64,000 bases of DNA from the human T2T-CHM13v2.0 reference genome, Homo sapiens: assembly GCF_009914755.1 (NCBI RefSeq), contig NC_060929.1; one strand, given 5' to 3'. The notes beneath the pieces are model-generated. The model did no database searches. It saw only the letters and a program-made list of their open reading frames with translations, and had not been told where the DNA came from. Position numbers and translations under genes: made by a program. Positions 11,410 through 30,849 of this stretch are shown here, piece after piece (positions within the stretch are counted from its first letter, which is position 1; every line of letters begins with the position of its first letter).

Positions 11410-13340
11410 TATTCTTTAAAAGTCAGGCTTATTGAGGTAAAATTTACATACAATAAAATTTACCCTATAAAAGTGTTCAGTTCCAGGACTTTTGCCATTA
11501 TACAGTTGTATAATTACTACAACAGTCAAGATATAGTATTTATATCTCCACAGAATGTTATTGTTTTGCCCTTTTGCAGTCAATCTTTTGTTCTTACCCC
11601 CAATCACTGGCAATCACTGGTCTGTTTTCTGACCCAATAGCCTTGTCTTTTTCAGAATGTCAGATGAATAAATTCATACATGACATACTTTTTTGTTTCT
11701 GGCTCCTTTCACTTAGCTTCATGCTTTTGAGATCAAACCTTTGTGTTGCATATACCAATAATTCATTCCTATTCATTGCTTAATAGTACTCCACTATACG
11801 TTTCTACCACAATCTGTTTATCCAGCCACCAGCTGAAGCACATGTGGATTGTTTCCAGTTTCCAGCAATTATAAAAAAGAGTAGCTCTAACCAATTGTGT
11901 TCACCTCTTGTTGCGGTTATATGTTTTCACTTTTCTTGGGTAAATACCTGGAATTGGAATTGCTAGGTTATATGCTGGGTCAAACTGTTTTCTTAAGTTG
12001 TTGTACCATTTTGCTTTCTCAGCAGTAGTGGATGAGAATGTTATTTCCTTTGCATCCTCGCTAGCAGTTGGTATAGTGAATATTTCTTCTCTATCTTGTT
12101 CCAGATTTTAGGCATTCTTCTGGGCATGTAGTGGTATCTCATTGTAGTTTTAATTTGTATTTACCTAATGACTAATGATGTTGAGCTGTGTTCCATCTAT
12201 ATATATTCTTTGGCTAAGTGTGTGTTCAAATTCTTTGCCCATTTGTAAAATCTGGTTGTTTCTTTTATTATTGCATTGTAAGAGTTCTTTTTATATTCTG
12301 GATAAAGCCTTTTTACCAGACAGTTTCTTCATTCCGTTTCTCTGTCTTTTCTTCTTTTTTTTTTTTTTTTTTACACAACAGAAGTTTTCAATTTTGATAA
12401 TGACTAATTTACCTATTTTTAATTTTATAGTCTATGCTTTTTGTGTCATAGCTAAATAATATTTGCCTAACCCACCATCACAAAAATTTTCTCCTAAATT
12501 TTCTTATGGAAGTTTTATAGTCCTAACTCTTGCGTTTAAGTCTATGATTCTTCCATTTGAATTAATTTTTATATACAGTGTGAAATAAGACTGGAGCTTC
12601 TGTTTAAAGACTATGTTTCCTTGATAACTGAGTTAATCTTCAGCATTCTTACCACCCCCACACAAGGTAACTATGTGAGGTGATGGATATGTTAGCTAGC
12701 TTGATTGTGGTCATCATTTCAAAATGTATATATGTATGCCAAAATAGTACATAGCGTATTTTGAATATATACAATATTTCTCAATTATACCTCAATAAAG
12801 CTGAAAAAATAAGGACTATACATTTTCTATGGAATTTTCTTAACAAATTTGTTGGAAACCATTTGCATATGTGTATGTGTTTTTCTCTATTCTGTTCCTT
12901 GATTTGGTGTCCAGTAAGACACTGTTTTGATTACTATTGCTTACTAGAATGTCTTGAACTCTATTCTTGTAAGTTCTTCAGCTTTGTTCTTTACTTTCAA
13001 AATTGTTTGGATTTCTAAAAGTCCTTTGTCTTTCCATATTAATTTTAGAATCAACTCCTCAATTTCTGCAAAGAATCTGCTGACATTCTGATTGAGATTG
13101 CAGTGACTCTATAGACCCACTTTGAAAGTATTGACGTTTTACCAATAACAAATTTTCTAATCCATCAACATGGCTTTTTAATGCATTTACTTAGGTCTTC
13201 TTTAATATTTATCAGCAATACTTTGTAGATTTCAGTGTATAGTTCTTGCATATATTCTGACCCATTTATTCGTAAGTATTTTATGTTTCGATGCTATTGT
13301 AAATGCTATTATTTCTTTAATTCCAATTTTCAACTGTTAG
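11410..13340 (-). mobile_element. L1MB-type 3' end and ORF2 remnant
   Basis: Antisense L1M 3' end: 'ggcttattgaggtaaaatttacatacaataaaatttacc', 'gggtaaatacctggaattggaattgctagg', 'gtagtggtatctcattgtagttttaatttgtattt'. Confidence 0.8.
12630..12812 (+). mobile_element. Short L1MA/L1MB 3' end nested in opposite orientation
   Basis: 'ggtaactatgtgaggtgatggatatgttagctagcttgattgtggt...tcaattatacctcaataaagctgaaaaaa'. Confidence 0.8.
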
Positions 13341-15201
13341 GAAAGTGTACCTCCTAAGCTTTTATGGGCACTCACTTTGACCTTCCAGTTTCTGTTATGC
13401 AGAGTGATCAGAGTTTCATTTTGTCACATGATTAAATCTTAGAAACAAAGCAAAATAAGACGAAATACTCAGTTATGACCTGTTTTTATGTTTTTAATTT
13501 TTTTTTATTTATCTGGTAACGAACACCTCTCAAGAATAGCTAGGGACTGCTAAGTCATTTCTTCATGTTGCCAGGAGAAGAATTCAGTATTCCCCTTACT
13601 TGATGTGCTGGACAGTTGTGGCCAGGCCATGGCCTGTAAGACACATGAAGTGGGCAGATCACCAGTTGGAAGAGTCAGTGGTTAACATGGACAATTATTG
13701 ATTAAATGTATGTGAAATACATGTAGGAAAGGGAGGATGAGAATATTGAGTGTTCTGAACATTATTGCTATAGCGATGTTGATATTTACTATATGGAAAA
13801 ATATACAGATATATATTTTATTGTTTGGCTGTTTATTTTTTCCATGAGAATAGCAATATAGTTGAATTTGAATACAATGAACTAAAAAACTAACAGTGCA
13901 TGCTTATAATAATTTAGTACTTCTGCTTTTCTAAAACGTTGATGGAGAACATGTAATTTACACAAAATATTTGTTTGCAATTACTGTGTGCCATGGAGAC
14001 CACAGTGATATCAGTGACCACACAGAAACAAAAGACAAACATGCTGAGGAAGCATCAGCATCTTCTTATGATAGTAATATTAAGAATGTGCCTGATGACT
14101 GTGATTTAATTTGCAGCTGCAACTGATATTTTCACATATCACTTCGTGAAATATCGTTTATCATTTAGATGCAATGACCGTTTATGAAGGCTTCAATTCA
14201 CTTTTTAGTTCCAGATTTTCCTATGCATGTATGAAAACTGAAGCAGTAGCTGTGAATATATTCGCTGCATTCACAGAAGAATGTTTCCAGTTATTAAGTG
14301 ATGCCAGGCTTATATTAATATGTTTGGATCCTTCAAAGAGAAAACTAGTTAATTCCAAAACTGGATCCATCTTTTTTTCTATCCAGTTTACGAATGCAAA
14401 GTAAATGCTTTTGATGTTCGGTCTGTCACATGTGAAATATCTGATATTACAGTGGATGCTTATAAAATTCAGTTAAAAGCTTCAAGACTAAAAATAAAAT
14501 AATTTGGTTTTGCTGCCTTACTACAAATTTGGGTTTTATTTGGTTTTGCTGCATTACCATGAATGGAGGAACGCAGAATCACAGGGAAACAACATAGTTA
14601 CTAAATTGAGTGACCTTGGAGAGATGTGCTTGGTATTCATTGTGGTGAGCACATAATGTATTATTGCTTCTATTCTATTAATGGTAATGGAAACAATACT
14701 TGTCAAAATTTCTACACTTTTAAATATATAACAGTTTTCAGTAACTGAATATAAAATGTTTATCTGGGAAGCTTCCTTGAATACCAGCAAAAAATAGTTT
14801 TAGCTGGCAGATGTGCTTTTCATCTTTGCTGCTCACCATCAATCAGATATTAGAAATGTTGTAGACTCTGAAGACTTTGGAAACAAATCTAAATGCCCTA
14901 CCATGATATTGAGTTATTTTTGAAAATGAGTCATCTAAAATTTTTGTTACATTTTATTCAAAATCAGTGGACATATTTAATCAATGCATTTATGAATGAA
15001 TGGAGTACCAAAACACGTTAGCTTTTAATGCTTTTAGCAAATTGCAAGTGTTCAAAACAAAACTTATGAAAAGGAAACCATTGCAGTACATCCCCATAAA
15101 AGCAGGGGATGATTGGAACAAATTAAATATTATTTCTTAAATGGTTTACAATATTTAAGTTTGAAATTTTATAGCTGCACTTTAAAATATCTCAAATTAG
15201 G

Positions 15202-16606
<1,405 letters not shown>

Positions 16607-17649
16607 TCTCAAATTGTGGGAAATTTTTTTTGATGGAGCTCCTATTTCCAATTGAATAAATTTATATCCTGTACTGGAAAGGATTGAGTTTGAATAGTTC
16701 TATGAGTTTTCAACATTTATATTTGGTGGAAGTTTTATAAAAATTAGAGAAGACATTTGAAGGTTTTTATTTTGTACAAATGCTTGTGAAGAAAGGTGCT
16801 TGGAATGGAGACAAAAAGCTAGTCAGTACCTACAAGTATATTGGGCTTAAGTATTTACAAAGTTTGACATGAAAACATTAGAAATGAGGATACTCTCCAT
16901 GTCACAGAGTTTATTCTACTTACCTTGGAACTTGGAGTGTCATTTTTTATTTAAAAGCATTAAAGTCTACAGAGAAGGTCAATTAAAATTTTTCACAATT
17001 TCATATTTATTCACTGTAAAATGCAAATTTGAAAAAATTACAAGAAAATGTGCTGATAACATTATATAATTATTATATAAATAATTCTTTCAACGTAATA
17101 AAATTTTACTATTATAATCTTACTATTTCATAAGATTATTTTGAAAAATGCACACTTCGGAAAAAGACCCAGGGCATGATATGAGAGACATATGAAGTAC
17201 GAACAATTATTCTTTTTATGCTATTTTTAAATATTCAGGTAATTAACAGAAACAAATGTGCTTAAATGAACGTGTGTATATGATTTTATTTTTAGAAGAT
17301 ATTTTATTCACTTTTTGAAAGTAGTTTTTGAATATAACTATTTTATAGGTCTAAAAATATGAAACAAACTTGTTAGTCAACACATACATCTTTCAAAAAG
17401 TATATATTTTAATAACGTAGCTTTGCTTTTGCTTCCCCAGCTTTCTCAATTTGAATGATAAATTATATGGTCACCCAATCCATCAGTTTAATTCTCCAGT
17501 AATTGCCACTGGCAAATTATCTCAGCAAATTCTCTTTCCAAAGACATGTATCTATATTTAAGAAAGTAATTCAAATGTAATTCTTCACTACAAGATTCCT
17601 CTTTTACTTAACTATTTCAATACTGTCCACTAGAAGGTTTACGTTAATA

Positions 17650-17945
17650 TAATCTTAGCAAACTAACATAGGAACAGAAAACCAAATGCTGGATGTTCTC
17701 ACTTACAAGTGGGAGGTAAATGATGAGAACACATGAACACATAGAGGGGAACAACAGACACAGAGGCCTGTTGGAAGGCGGAGGGTGGGAAGAGGGAGAA
17801 GATCAGGAAAACAGCTAATGGGTACTAGGCTTGAGTACCTGGGTTCTGAAATAATCTGTACAGCAAACACCCATGACATAAGTTTAGCTGTATAACAAAT
17901 CAGCACATATATCCTGAACTTAAATAAAAGTTTTTTAAAAAGACA
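17650..17945 (+). mobile_element. Older primate L1 3' end (L1PA15/16 or L1PB-like)
   Basis: 'ggaacagaaaaccaaatgctggatgttctcacttacaagtggg...gggtactaggcttgagtacctggg...cctgaacttaaataaaag'. Confidence 0.85.
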
Positions 17946-18108
17946 AAAACTGTTACTAGTATTTTGTTAAAATATCTCACGTTTATATGATGAATATTCA
18001 AAGTATAGAATCTAATGTATTAATCCTTGTCCATGCCCTTTCTAGTCTATTTATTCCTGATTTCATTATGTTTTATATCATTGTTATAATTATTTATATT
18101 ATGTTGGG

Positions 18109-18322
18109 CAGGGGTCAGCAAACTATGGCCTGCATGCCAAATCTGGCCCCTTGCCTATTTTTGTAAATAAAATAAAGTTTCATTAGAACACAGCCACAGT
18201 TTTTATTTATACAGTGTTTGTGGTTACTTTCACAACAGTATATTTTTAAGCCGTGATAGAGACCGACAAGCCATAAAGCCAAAATACTTACTATCTGGAT
18301 ATTTACGGAAAAAGTTTGCCAA
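18109..18322 (+). mobile_element. MER58A (hAT-Charlie)
   Basis: 'caggggtcagcaaactatggcc...ttttgtaaataaa...agaacacagccac...tttacggaaaaagtttgcca'. Confidence 0.8.
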
Positions 18323-18722
18323 GTGTAATATAGAGAGAAAATGTGTTAAAAATTATTCTAAGGAGACTTCGATCAGTGGAAATACCTTCCATCTGCTAGA
18401 GGTAGGAGAGTCTGGGGCATGGTGTTGTAGAGTCATCATTTAGCTACATAGTATCACAAGCCAATAAGAACAAAATTTGTAGCTTTTTCTTCACTCTGGG
18501 TATTTCTAAACAGAAAGTAATATGGGTTGGCTTCACCTCAGATTTAGAAGAAATGATAATTGTGCATCGATTATTAAAAAATCTAACAAAAATTTGTGAT
18601 TTAGTAAATATGAGACGCATATAATTAAGCATATATTTTATTTGACTTGAATACTGAATTTTTATTGGCTTATGGTCTGTTTTAATGATATTGGCAATTA
18701 ACATCTGTTAAAAACAAAATAA

Positions 18723-19030
18723 GGCCGGGTAAGGTGGCTCACATCTGTAATTTCAGCACTTTGGGATGCCGAGGCGGGAGGATCACTTGAGGTCAGGAGT
18801 TCACGACCAGTCTGACCAACATGGCGAAACCCCGTCTCCACTAAAAATACTTAAAAAAATTAGCTGGGTGTGATGGCACGTATCCCAGCTCCTCAGGAGG
18901 CTGAGGCAAGAGAATCTCTTGAGCCTGGGAGGCAGACGTTGTAGTGAGCCAAGATTGTGCCACTACACTCCAGCCTGAGTGACAGAGCGAGACTCTGTCT
19001 CAAAAACAAACAAACAACGACAACAAAACA
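18723..19030 (+). mobile_element. AluS
   Basis: Full dimer with (CAAA)n tail. TSD aaaacaaaataa / aaaacagaataa. Confidence 0.93.
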
Positions 19031-19162
19031 GAATAAGATTCAGCAATGTCACTGAAGAAGAAGCTTCCAAACATTATTTCAACACAACTCTTCAACATCC
19101 CCACCACATAGTCTCTCCATAAGTGCACACACACTTAATGCACATGCTGGGGACACACATGC

Positions 19163-19482
19163 TGCTATAGACTGAATGTTTGTATGCTCTCAAAATTCAT
19201 AAGTTGGAACCTTAATTCTCAATGTGATCGTATTTGGGGCATTAGGTCATGAGGGTGGAGCCCTCTTGATGGGATTAGTGCCCTTATAAGAAGAGACAGT
19301 AGCAATCTTGCTTTTTCTCCAACCTTCTCTCCATGTGAGGATACAATGAGGAGATTGCTTTCAGCAAGTCAGGAAGAGTGCACTTGCTAGACCCTGAGTC
19401 TGCCAGCATCTTGATCTTGAATTTCTCAGCCTCCAGAACTGGGATAAATAAATTTGTGTTTAAGCTACCTACTCCATGGTAC
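19163..19482 (+). mobile_element. MaLR solo LTR (MLT1A/MST-like)
   Basis: 'tgctatagactgaatgtttgt...ttaggtcatgagggtggagccctcttgatgggattagtgcccttataagaagagac...cagcctccagaactg'. Confidence 0.85.
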
Positions 19483-19809
19483 ACATTTATACAAATACAT
19501 AAACACTGTTGTAAGTATGAGTGCATGTAGGCATGTACTCATTGTCTATAACGTATTGTACATATTATACCACAGGCTGATTTGTTCAATTAATGTATTG
19601 TGACCAGTTTTCATAAAAATAAATTCTATAGTCCCAATATTTTTCCATTTTATGTATAAGCCACAGTTAATTTAACCTTTGTCCTAATTTGAGAAACTTT
19701 AATTGATTCCATTTTTTACTATTATAATCATGCTGCAATTACTATCTTATGGTTAATTCATTTCCTGTGTAATTGCTAGAAGTGAAGTTTATGAAACAAA
19801 GAATATCCA

Positions 19810-20900
<1,091 letters not shown>

Positions 20901-21199
20901 GCATCATCAAATTTTTCTATATGGATGGATGTAGGTGTTGTCTACAAATTTCTGTTCAGCTTCTTAGTTTCTTAGCCTCTCAGTTAAATTGATTGGCATT
21001 TGCCAATGGAAGTAATTGATTAATTGGCACTGAATGTTGAACTCTGGATAATAAATTTATGCAAATTTCTAGTTGTTCTCAGGAGAAAAATTTATCCAAA
21101 ACAAGGTCATTCAATAGAGCCACAGAAGTTATTCCCCTTGTTTTTAATATTTAAGTTTTTCCATATACTCAAATATTATTCTCTATTCATGGACATCCA

Positions 21200-23353
21200 A
21201 AATGGCTTCACTGACATATCTTGGTGGGAATAGCTAGAAGGCCAGGCTCAGCTGGAACTGTCAACTAGAGTGCTTACAGGTGGCCCCTAAAGCATTGAAC
21301 GAAGCAGAAACTGCATGGACTTTCATGAGCTACACTCAAAAGTCACTTAGCATCATGTCTGGTATATTCTATTGGTTGAAGTATTCAGTAGCCTAACTCA
21401 GTTCCAGGGGAGAGTACTTAGGCTCCACCTCTTAATGAGAGAAGTAGTAAAGAGTTTGCATTTATGTTTAAAACTACCATGGTCTGCTTTTGGGACACTT
21501 ATATTTACATTTCTCTAAAAAGCAAATTATATTCACCCTCTCCTAAGACTCAGCTTCCAGAAGCTTCATCCTGTTACAGCATCGGGCTCAGGCTGGAGGT
21601 TTAGAATCTCATCTGAAATCATGTCCAAGGGCAAATAAACCTCTTTGAGTTCATTTCCTTGGGCACAATTCTATGTATTTTGAAGAACTGTGAACTTCAG
21701 AAACAATGCCTTGCTCCCCCAAGGCACACACATGCATGGTACTGTGATGGTACACACTAGACACTCCCATGGATAAAGAGGGTAAATGGGAGGCATGTGT
21801 CAGTCACTAGTAAAGCAATTCTTAAATTCAGCTCTGGGCATATTGTCTTTCATGAATGAAACTTGGTCCTGCTCTCTGTCAATAATTCTCTGCAATTCTT
21901 GGTTCTGCCCTTTGAGCAATCCTTTTCCTAAAACATAGCCAGTTTTGCAGCTAAGTAACATTATCAGCCTGCTCTGTGCCCATAGAAATTTGGGGTTTCT
22001 GAAGTCTGTACACTTTTTATTGTCCCTATCCATTTTAGTCAAGGTTGATACACTTTCTTTGAAAAGTTTTGAGATCTCTCCTGTATCAGTTTATAAATAA
22101 ACTCTATTATGCAAATGCACACACACGTTTTAAGATAAATCTGTATCTTGGCTCCCTACCCTATGAGGCTGCTGTGGGAAGCATCTTTAGTTGTCTTAGA
22201 AGCACTACTGTCTAGCTAAGAGGATCTAAGGTATACTCTTAATGTTCTTAGCTTTCTATGTAAATTAAAGTGTGTTTGAGGCTCTGACTTAAATCTGTGT
22301 GCCATCTTATGAAAAGATTTTATAGGCAGAACTTGGATTCCTTCAGCCTGTGTTTTATTTGCAGTGTTCTGAATTTGATCTTTTCCAGGTTATCTCTTTG
22401 AAAATATTGTCTTTCCTGGAAAGATAGTCCTGGGCCTTTTACATTTCCTCCAAATTTTATTCAAATATTGAACAGTTTCCTTTTTTTTGGCTCATTGTGC
22501 TCCCTTTTAATTTTATTATAGGTACCTAGTAGAGATCAGATGGCATCTCTAACACTTCCCTGAAAATTTCCTTAGCTAGATTATTTAATTCATTAGGTAT
22601 ATTTCCTATTTTCCCTGTTGTTTTAGGTGACAGTGTTGCCAAACTTTCTTCCAATATGTAACAAGGATATATTTTTTTACAGTTTCATATGTTCCTCATG
22701 TTACATTAAGCCCTCTGATATCCAATAGTCAGATTGAAGACTGTTATGCTTTCATCCATTGCCTGTTCCCTTCATCCATGCCACATGTTATACCTTTGGT
22801 TTTACCACTTCTGTTTTCAAATTCTGTTCCAGTCATCTGTTGTTACATAACGAACTATCCCAAAACTTAGTGGCTTAAAATATCAGTCATTTTAACATAT
22901 CTCTCAATTTCCTGGGTCAAGCACTCAGAGAGTTTGGCTGTGTGTTTTTTCTGCTCAAGGTGGCTTTGAGGAAGGTGATTCCATGACATTGTCCTGGCAA
23001 AAGAGCTGGATGGGATCATTGGCTTCAGTCACATGTCTTGTGTCTTTACAGGGATGGTTGAAGGCAGAACTCAACTGAAGTGTTGACCAGACATAGCTTC
23101 CTCAGCATGGTATTCTTAGGGTAGAAGGCTCCTTACATGAAGTCTCAGGGTTCTAGTAGTGAATGTCCTATTGAAGAAGATAAAATTTATGGTCTTTTAG
23201 TCATTTTTAAAACCTTAGAAGACACATTGAGTCACTTTTAAAGTGCTGTATTGGTCAAAGCTATCAGAAGCCTACTCTGATTAAAGAGATCTCATAGAGT
23301 CCCAAATCTCAATGGGAGGTGTTAAAGAATTTGCTTGCTACATTTAAACCCTG
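21200..23353 (-). mobile_element. MaLR provirus (MLT1H-like): LTR ~21200-21480, internal ~21480-22820, LTR ~22823-23353
   Basis: Two related LTR-like blocks (e.g. 'ctattggttgaagtattcagtagcctaactcag' vs 'gtattggtcaaagctatcagaagcctactctg') flank MLT-int-like sequence ('atttccttagctagattatttaattcattaggtatattt'). Confidence 0.7.
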
Positions 23354-24287
23354 TTCCATTAGGATCAATGCTGTTTTGTCTTGTTTGTTTGTTTGAGCTT
23401 ACTTGCTTCTCTGAATATGAGATCTGAGGATATATCCTCCAGGAACTCCTTCAGTTGCTCCCAATTTTAGCATTTCCTTTGCATAATGGAAATTCCAGTC
23501 TCTCTTTCTTCCTTCTATTATAGCTTACAGAATTGCCTCAAAATTTTAAGCATTTGTATGGAAGTTATTTTGTAAAATTCTAGTCATAATACAGATTTAG
23601 CTTTCTGCGTTTCTCATTAATTTTGAGGAAGTTTAAGGTAAAAAGTGCTGGAAGTCTATGTATAGTCTCATGTTTTCATCTGGAATCCAAAGTACAGGCA
23701 AAATTTATAACCCATGTTTAGCAATAAAGAAATAAATTATTTGTAAAAGAGATGTTCAGCTTAAGGTACTTGAGGGATATTCATAGGAAGATACCTAATT
23801 GCTATTTAGAGTCATGCATAGATTTTATTTTTTTTAACAAATTGACACTATTTATTGGCAAAGAAAAAGTATAATGTTTTCTACGCCAAAAACTAGCCAT
23901 TTCTGTCATATGAATAAAAGGTGGTATATATACATAATGGGTGAGTATATCTAAATCCTTCCCTATAAGGCCATTAAAAAAGATTAATTTTTCAGTAGCC
24001 CATTAATCATAGAACAATTAAAGAACTATATAAAAATTAAACGTAACTACATATTGGAAGAATATGTGAATTTATTTACACATCTAACACACTTTAAAAT
24101 AGATAAAGAAAATTTTTATTAGCTGGCTTAAAAATACTGTTAAACTCATGTACTATTGGCAAAAGAGTACCTACAGACTTCTCACCTCAATGTTTCCTTG
24201 CAAAAGAAGTGGAAATACGTAATCCAAAAGCTTTTTAAGAATAAGCCACTGATGAAAACAATATGTGTATTATTTTAACATATTCAC

Positions 24288-26830
<2,543 letters not shown>

Positions 26831-28278
26831 TCATGCTACCTGACCTCAAGCTATGGTACAAGGTTACAGTAACAAAACACCGTGGTACAATAACCAAAAT
26901 AGCATGGTACAGTAACCAAAACAGCAAGGCTACTGGTACCAAAACAGATATATAGACCAATGGAACAGAACAGAGGCCTCAGAAATAACACTACACATCT
27001 ACAACCATCTGATCTTTGACACACCTGACAAAAACAAGCAATGAGGAAAGGATTCCCTATTTAATAAATGGTACTGGGAAAACTGGCTAGCCATATGCAG
27101 AAAACCAAAACTGGACCCCTTCCTTACACCCTGTACAGAAATTAACTCAAGATGGATTAAAGATTTAAACATAAGACCTAAAACCATAAAAAACCCTAGA
27201 AGAAAACCTAGGCAAGGATTTCATGACTTCAAAACTAAAACCAAAAGCAATTGCAATAAAAGCCAAAATTGACAAATGGGATCTAATTATACTAAAGAGC
27301 TTCTGCACAGCAAAAGAAACTATCATCAGAGTGAACAGGAAACCTACAGAATGGAAGAAAATTTTTGGAATTTATCCGTCTGACAAAAGGCTAATATCCA
27401 GAATCTACAAGGAACTTAAATGAATTTACAAGAAAAAACCCAACAACCCCATCAAAAAGTGGATGAAGGATATGAACAGACACTTTTCAAAAGAAGACAT
27501 TTATGTGGCCAATAAACATATGAAAAAAAGCTTATAATCGCTGGTCATTAGAGAAATGCAAATCAAAACCACAATGAGATACCATCTCACGCCAGTTAGA
27601 ATGGCAATCATTAAAAAGTCAGGAAACAACAGTTGCTGGAGAGGATATGGGGAAATAGGAATGCTTTTACACTGTTGGTGGGAGTGTAAATTAGTTCAAC
27701 CATTGTGGAATACAGTGTGGCGATTCCTCAAGGATCTAGAATTAGAAATACTATTTGACCCAGCAATCCCATTACTGGGAATATACACAAAGGATTATAA
27801 ATCATGCTGCTATAAAGACACATGCACACATATGTTTATTGCAGCACTATTCACAATAGCGAAGACTTGGAATCAACCCAAATGCCCATCAATGATAGAC
27901 TGGATAATATGGCACTTATACACCATGTAATACTATGTAGCTATAAAAAAGGATGAGTTCATGTCCTTTGCAGGGACATGGTTGAAGCTGGAAACCATCA
28001 TTCTCAGCAAACTAACACAGGAACAGAAAACCAAACACCACATGTTCTCACTCATAAGTGGGAGTTGAACCATGAGAACCTATGGGCACAGGAAGGGGAA
28101 CATCACACACTGGGGCCTGTCGGGGAGTGTGGGGGCAAGGGGAGGGATAGCATTAGGAGAAATACCTAATGTAGATGACAGGTTGATGGGTGCAGCAAAC
28201 CACCATGGCACATATATACCTATGTAACAAACCTGCACATTCTGCACATGTATCCCAGAACGTAAAGTATAAAAAAAA
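26831..28278 (+). mobile_element. L1PA7/8-type LINE-1, sense 3' segment with polyA (same insertion as 24288-26830)
   Basis: Starts at 'tcatgctacctgac', directly downstream in L1 coordinates of where the inverted part ends ('gctggaggcatcac'). Degenerate TSD aacatattcacgtga (24277-24291) / aaaaatttcacatga (28274-28288). Confidence 0.95.
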
Positions 28279-28978
28279 TTTCACATGAATTTTTCAATGC
28301 ATTGTTGAATAATTAATTTGAATCAGGCTTTCCACATTACTTATGTTTATAGGATTTCTTTCCAGCAAGGGTTTTCAAATGACTTTTAAAGTAATTTTTA
28401 AAATTCAGAACTTTTCTGTATTTCCCAAACTACTGGGATTTTAATCTCGTGTGCTTTCCTGTATTTATAGGGTCCATCTCCATGGTGCATTTTCATGAGC
28501 CTTTGAATGAATATGAGAGAAATAAAGGCATTTCCACATCCCATGCATTAATGTTTTTCTCTGCAGAATAAGTTATTTTATGTCACCAAATGTAACTGGC
28601 ATAACTAAAGACCCTATCACATTTTGTGCATTCATTAGGGTTCCCTTCAGTGTGGTCCTTTCAATGTTTCTGAAAGAACTGAAAAACCAGATGGCTTTTC
28701 CACATTTTTTACATTCACAGGCTTTTTTCCAGTTTTATTCCTTTCATGTCTTTGAAGGAAACTGTGAAAATTAAATGCTTTCCACATTCCTTACCTTCAT
28801 AGGATTTCTCTTCGATATGTGATCTTTCATGTATTTGACAGAAAGTGGAACAACTGAAGTCTTTTCCACAATTTTACAATCATAGGGCTTTTCCCTATGA
28901 ACAGCTTTTTTATATGCTCAAAAGAAACTGAAAAAAGTGAATGCTTCACCACATTTCTTACATGCATAGAGTTTTTCA

Positions 28979-29158
<180 letters not shown>

Positions 29159-29651
29159 CTACTGGAGTGACTAAAGGGTTACCACATTCCTCACATTTAT
29201 ACAGTCTCACTCCAGTATGAGTTCTTTCATTGTCTTAAGGGGAACTGGAATATCTGAAGGCTTTACCACATTTCTTAAATTTACTGGGATTTTCTCCAGA
29301 ATGAATGCTTCAGTCTGAATGCTTTTCCACACATTTCTTACATTCATAGGGTTTCTTTCCTCTGTGAGTTCTTTCATGTATGAGAAAGGAACTGGAAAAA
29401 CTAAAGGCTTTACCACATTGTTTACATTTATCGGATTTCTTTCTCATGTGACTTTCCTGAAGTATCTGAAGTGAACTGTGAAAATCAAAGACTACCATGT
29501 CTCTTTGAACACTTGTAAGATAAATGAAGGCATTCCAACATTGATTGTCATTATATGGTGTCTTTACACATTACTAATAGTCATATGATTTGCCTGTAGT
29601 GTGAGATATAATGTGCTTTAAATTTTTCCAAGAATTCTTTACTGATCTTCA

Positions 29652-29858
<207 letters not shown>

Positions 29859-30389
29859 TCACAGAGTGATAAAGGCTGTGGCAGAACTCCCTGGGCCTCC
29901 TACAGTGAAGAAGAAGGAGCAGCGAAGACTGACTGAGCAGTGGACATGTGGGCATGAAAGACCTGAGTAGATTTATTTATTGAAATGTGAGTTTAATATT
30001 GTACTAGGCTCAGCTAGTTTTTATGAATGAAAGATGCTAGTTTTTTAAATTCTTCTAATTTCTTCCTTAATTTCAAAAAATAAATCAGCCCAAAGGAGAG
30101 GATACAGAGCTTCTACTTCAACTAGTTCACAGGCTAGTAGAAAATTATTAAGTCAATATGTTATAAATTATTTTTGTACATGATATAAGAACCCTAAGGG
30201 TTTTTAGAAAACTAGAATGTTTATTTGTTTTAAAAATTACTTGCTATTACAGAAAAGATTGGGAAGTCAAGTAATGGAAAGAGGAAGAGAAAGAATGCCA
30301 AAAGTAGTGGAAATTGAGCCTGTTCTTTCTTTGATGCTTTGTTGCTTTTACTCATTCATTGATTTAATCATTTGTGTATCAGTCCATCC

Positions 30390-30845
30390 ATCTGACTAAC
30401 CTAAGCAGAAAATGAATTTATTTGCAGAAAACCGTGCAGTTCATCGAATCAAAGTCCTGAACACAGAAAACAAGGCAGGAAGACATCACAGAGCACAGTC
30501 AGGTAGGTTTACCCAAGCTTGTTCATGGTCTTCTTATAACTATGATTGCCAATCATAGTATCCATAAACTCCTAAGAGCACAGATGCCACTGTGAATAAG
30601 CTTTGTCTTCTATGCTTTGTTTTCTCCCATGTGGATTTATAGTCTTAAGTAGGAATGTTCAGTTGGCCAATCCTAGATCTCATGCTTATCCTCTAACTTC
30701 CAGATGTCAGAAAATGAGCATTTCTAGTCTCAAATGACTTCTGTCACCTTTGACTATTACCAAGACTCATGTACTAGAGGTTTCAGTAAAAGCCAGGTTA
30801 CTATGTGGATACTGGAGTATTAAAAAATAACATATTTTCACTATG
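30390..30845 (-). mobile_element. Old MaLR LTR (MLT1K/L-like)
   Basis: 'ctaagcagaaaatgaatttatt', 'agttggccaatcctagatctcatgcttatc'. Heavily diverged. Confidence 0.45.
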
Positions 30846-30849
30846 GCCA

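Noticed and set aside
17624-17640. CTCF-like 'tgtccactagaaggtt' (also 43275-43292)
   Set aside because: The 3' half does not fit the CTCF core well enough to call.
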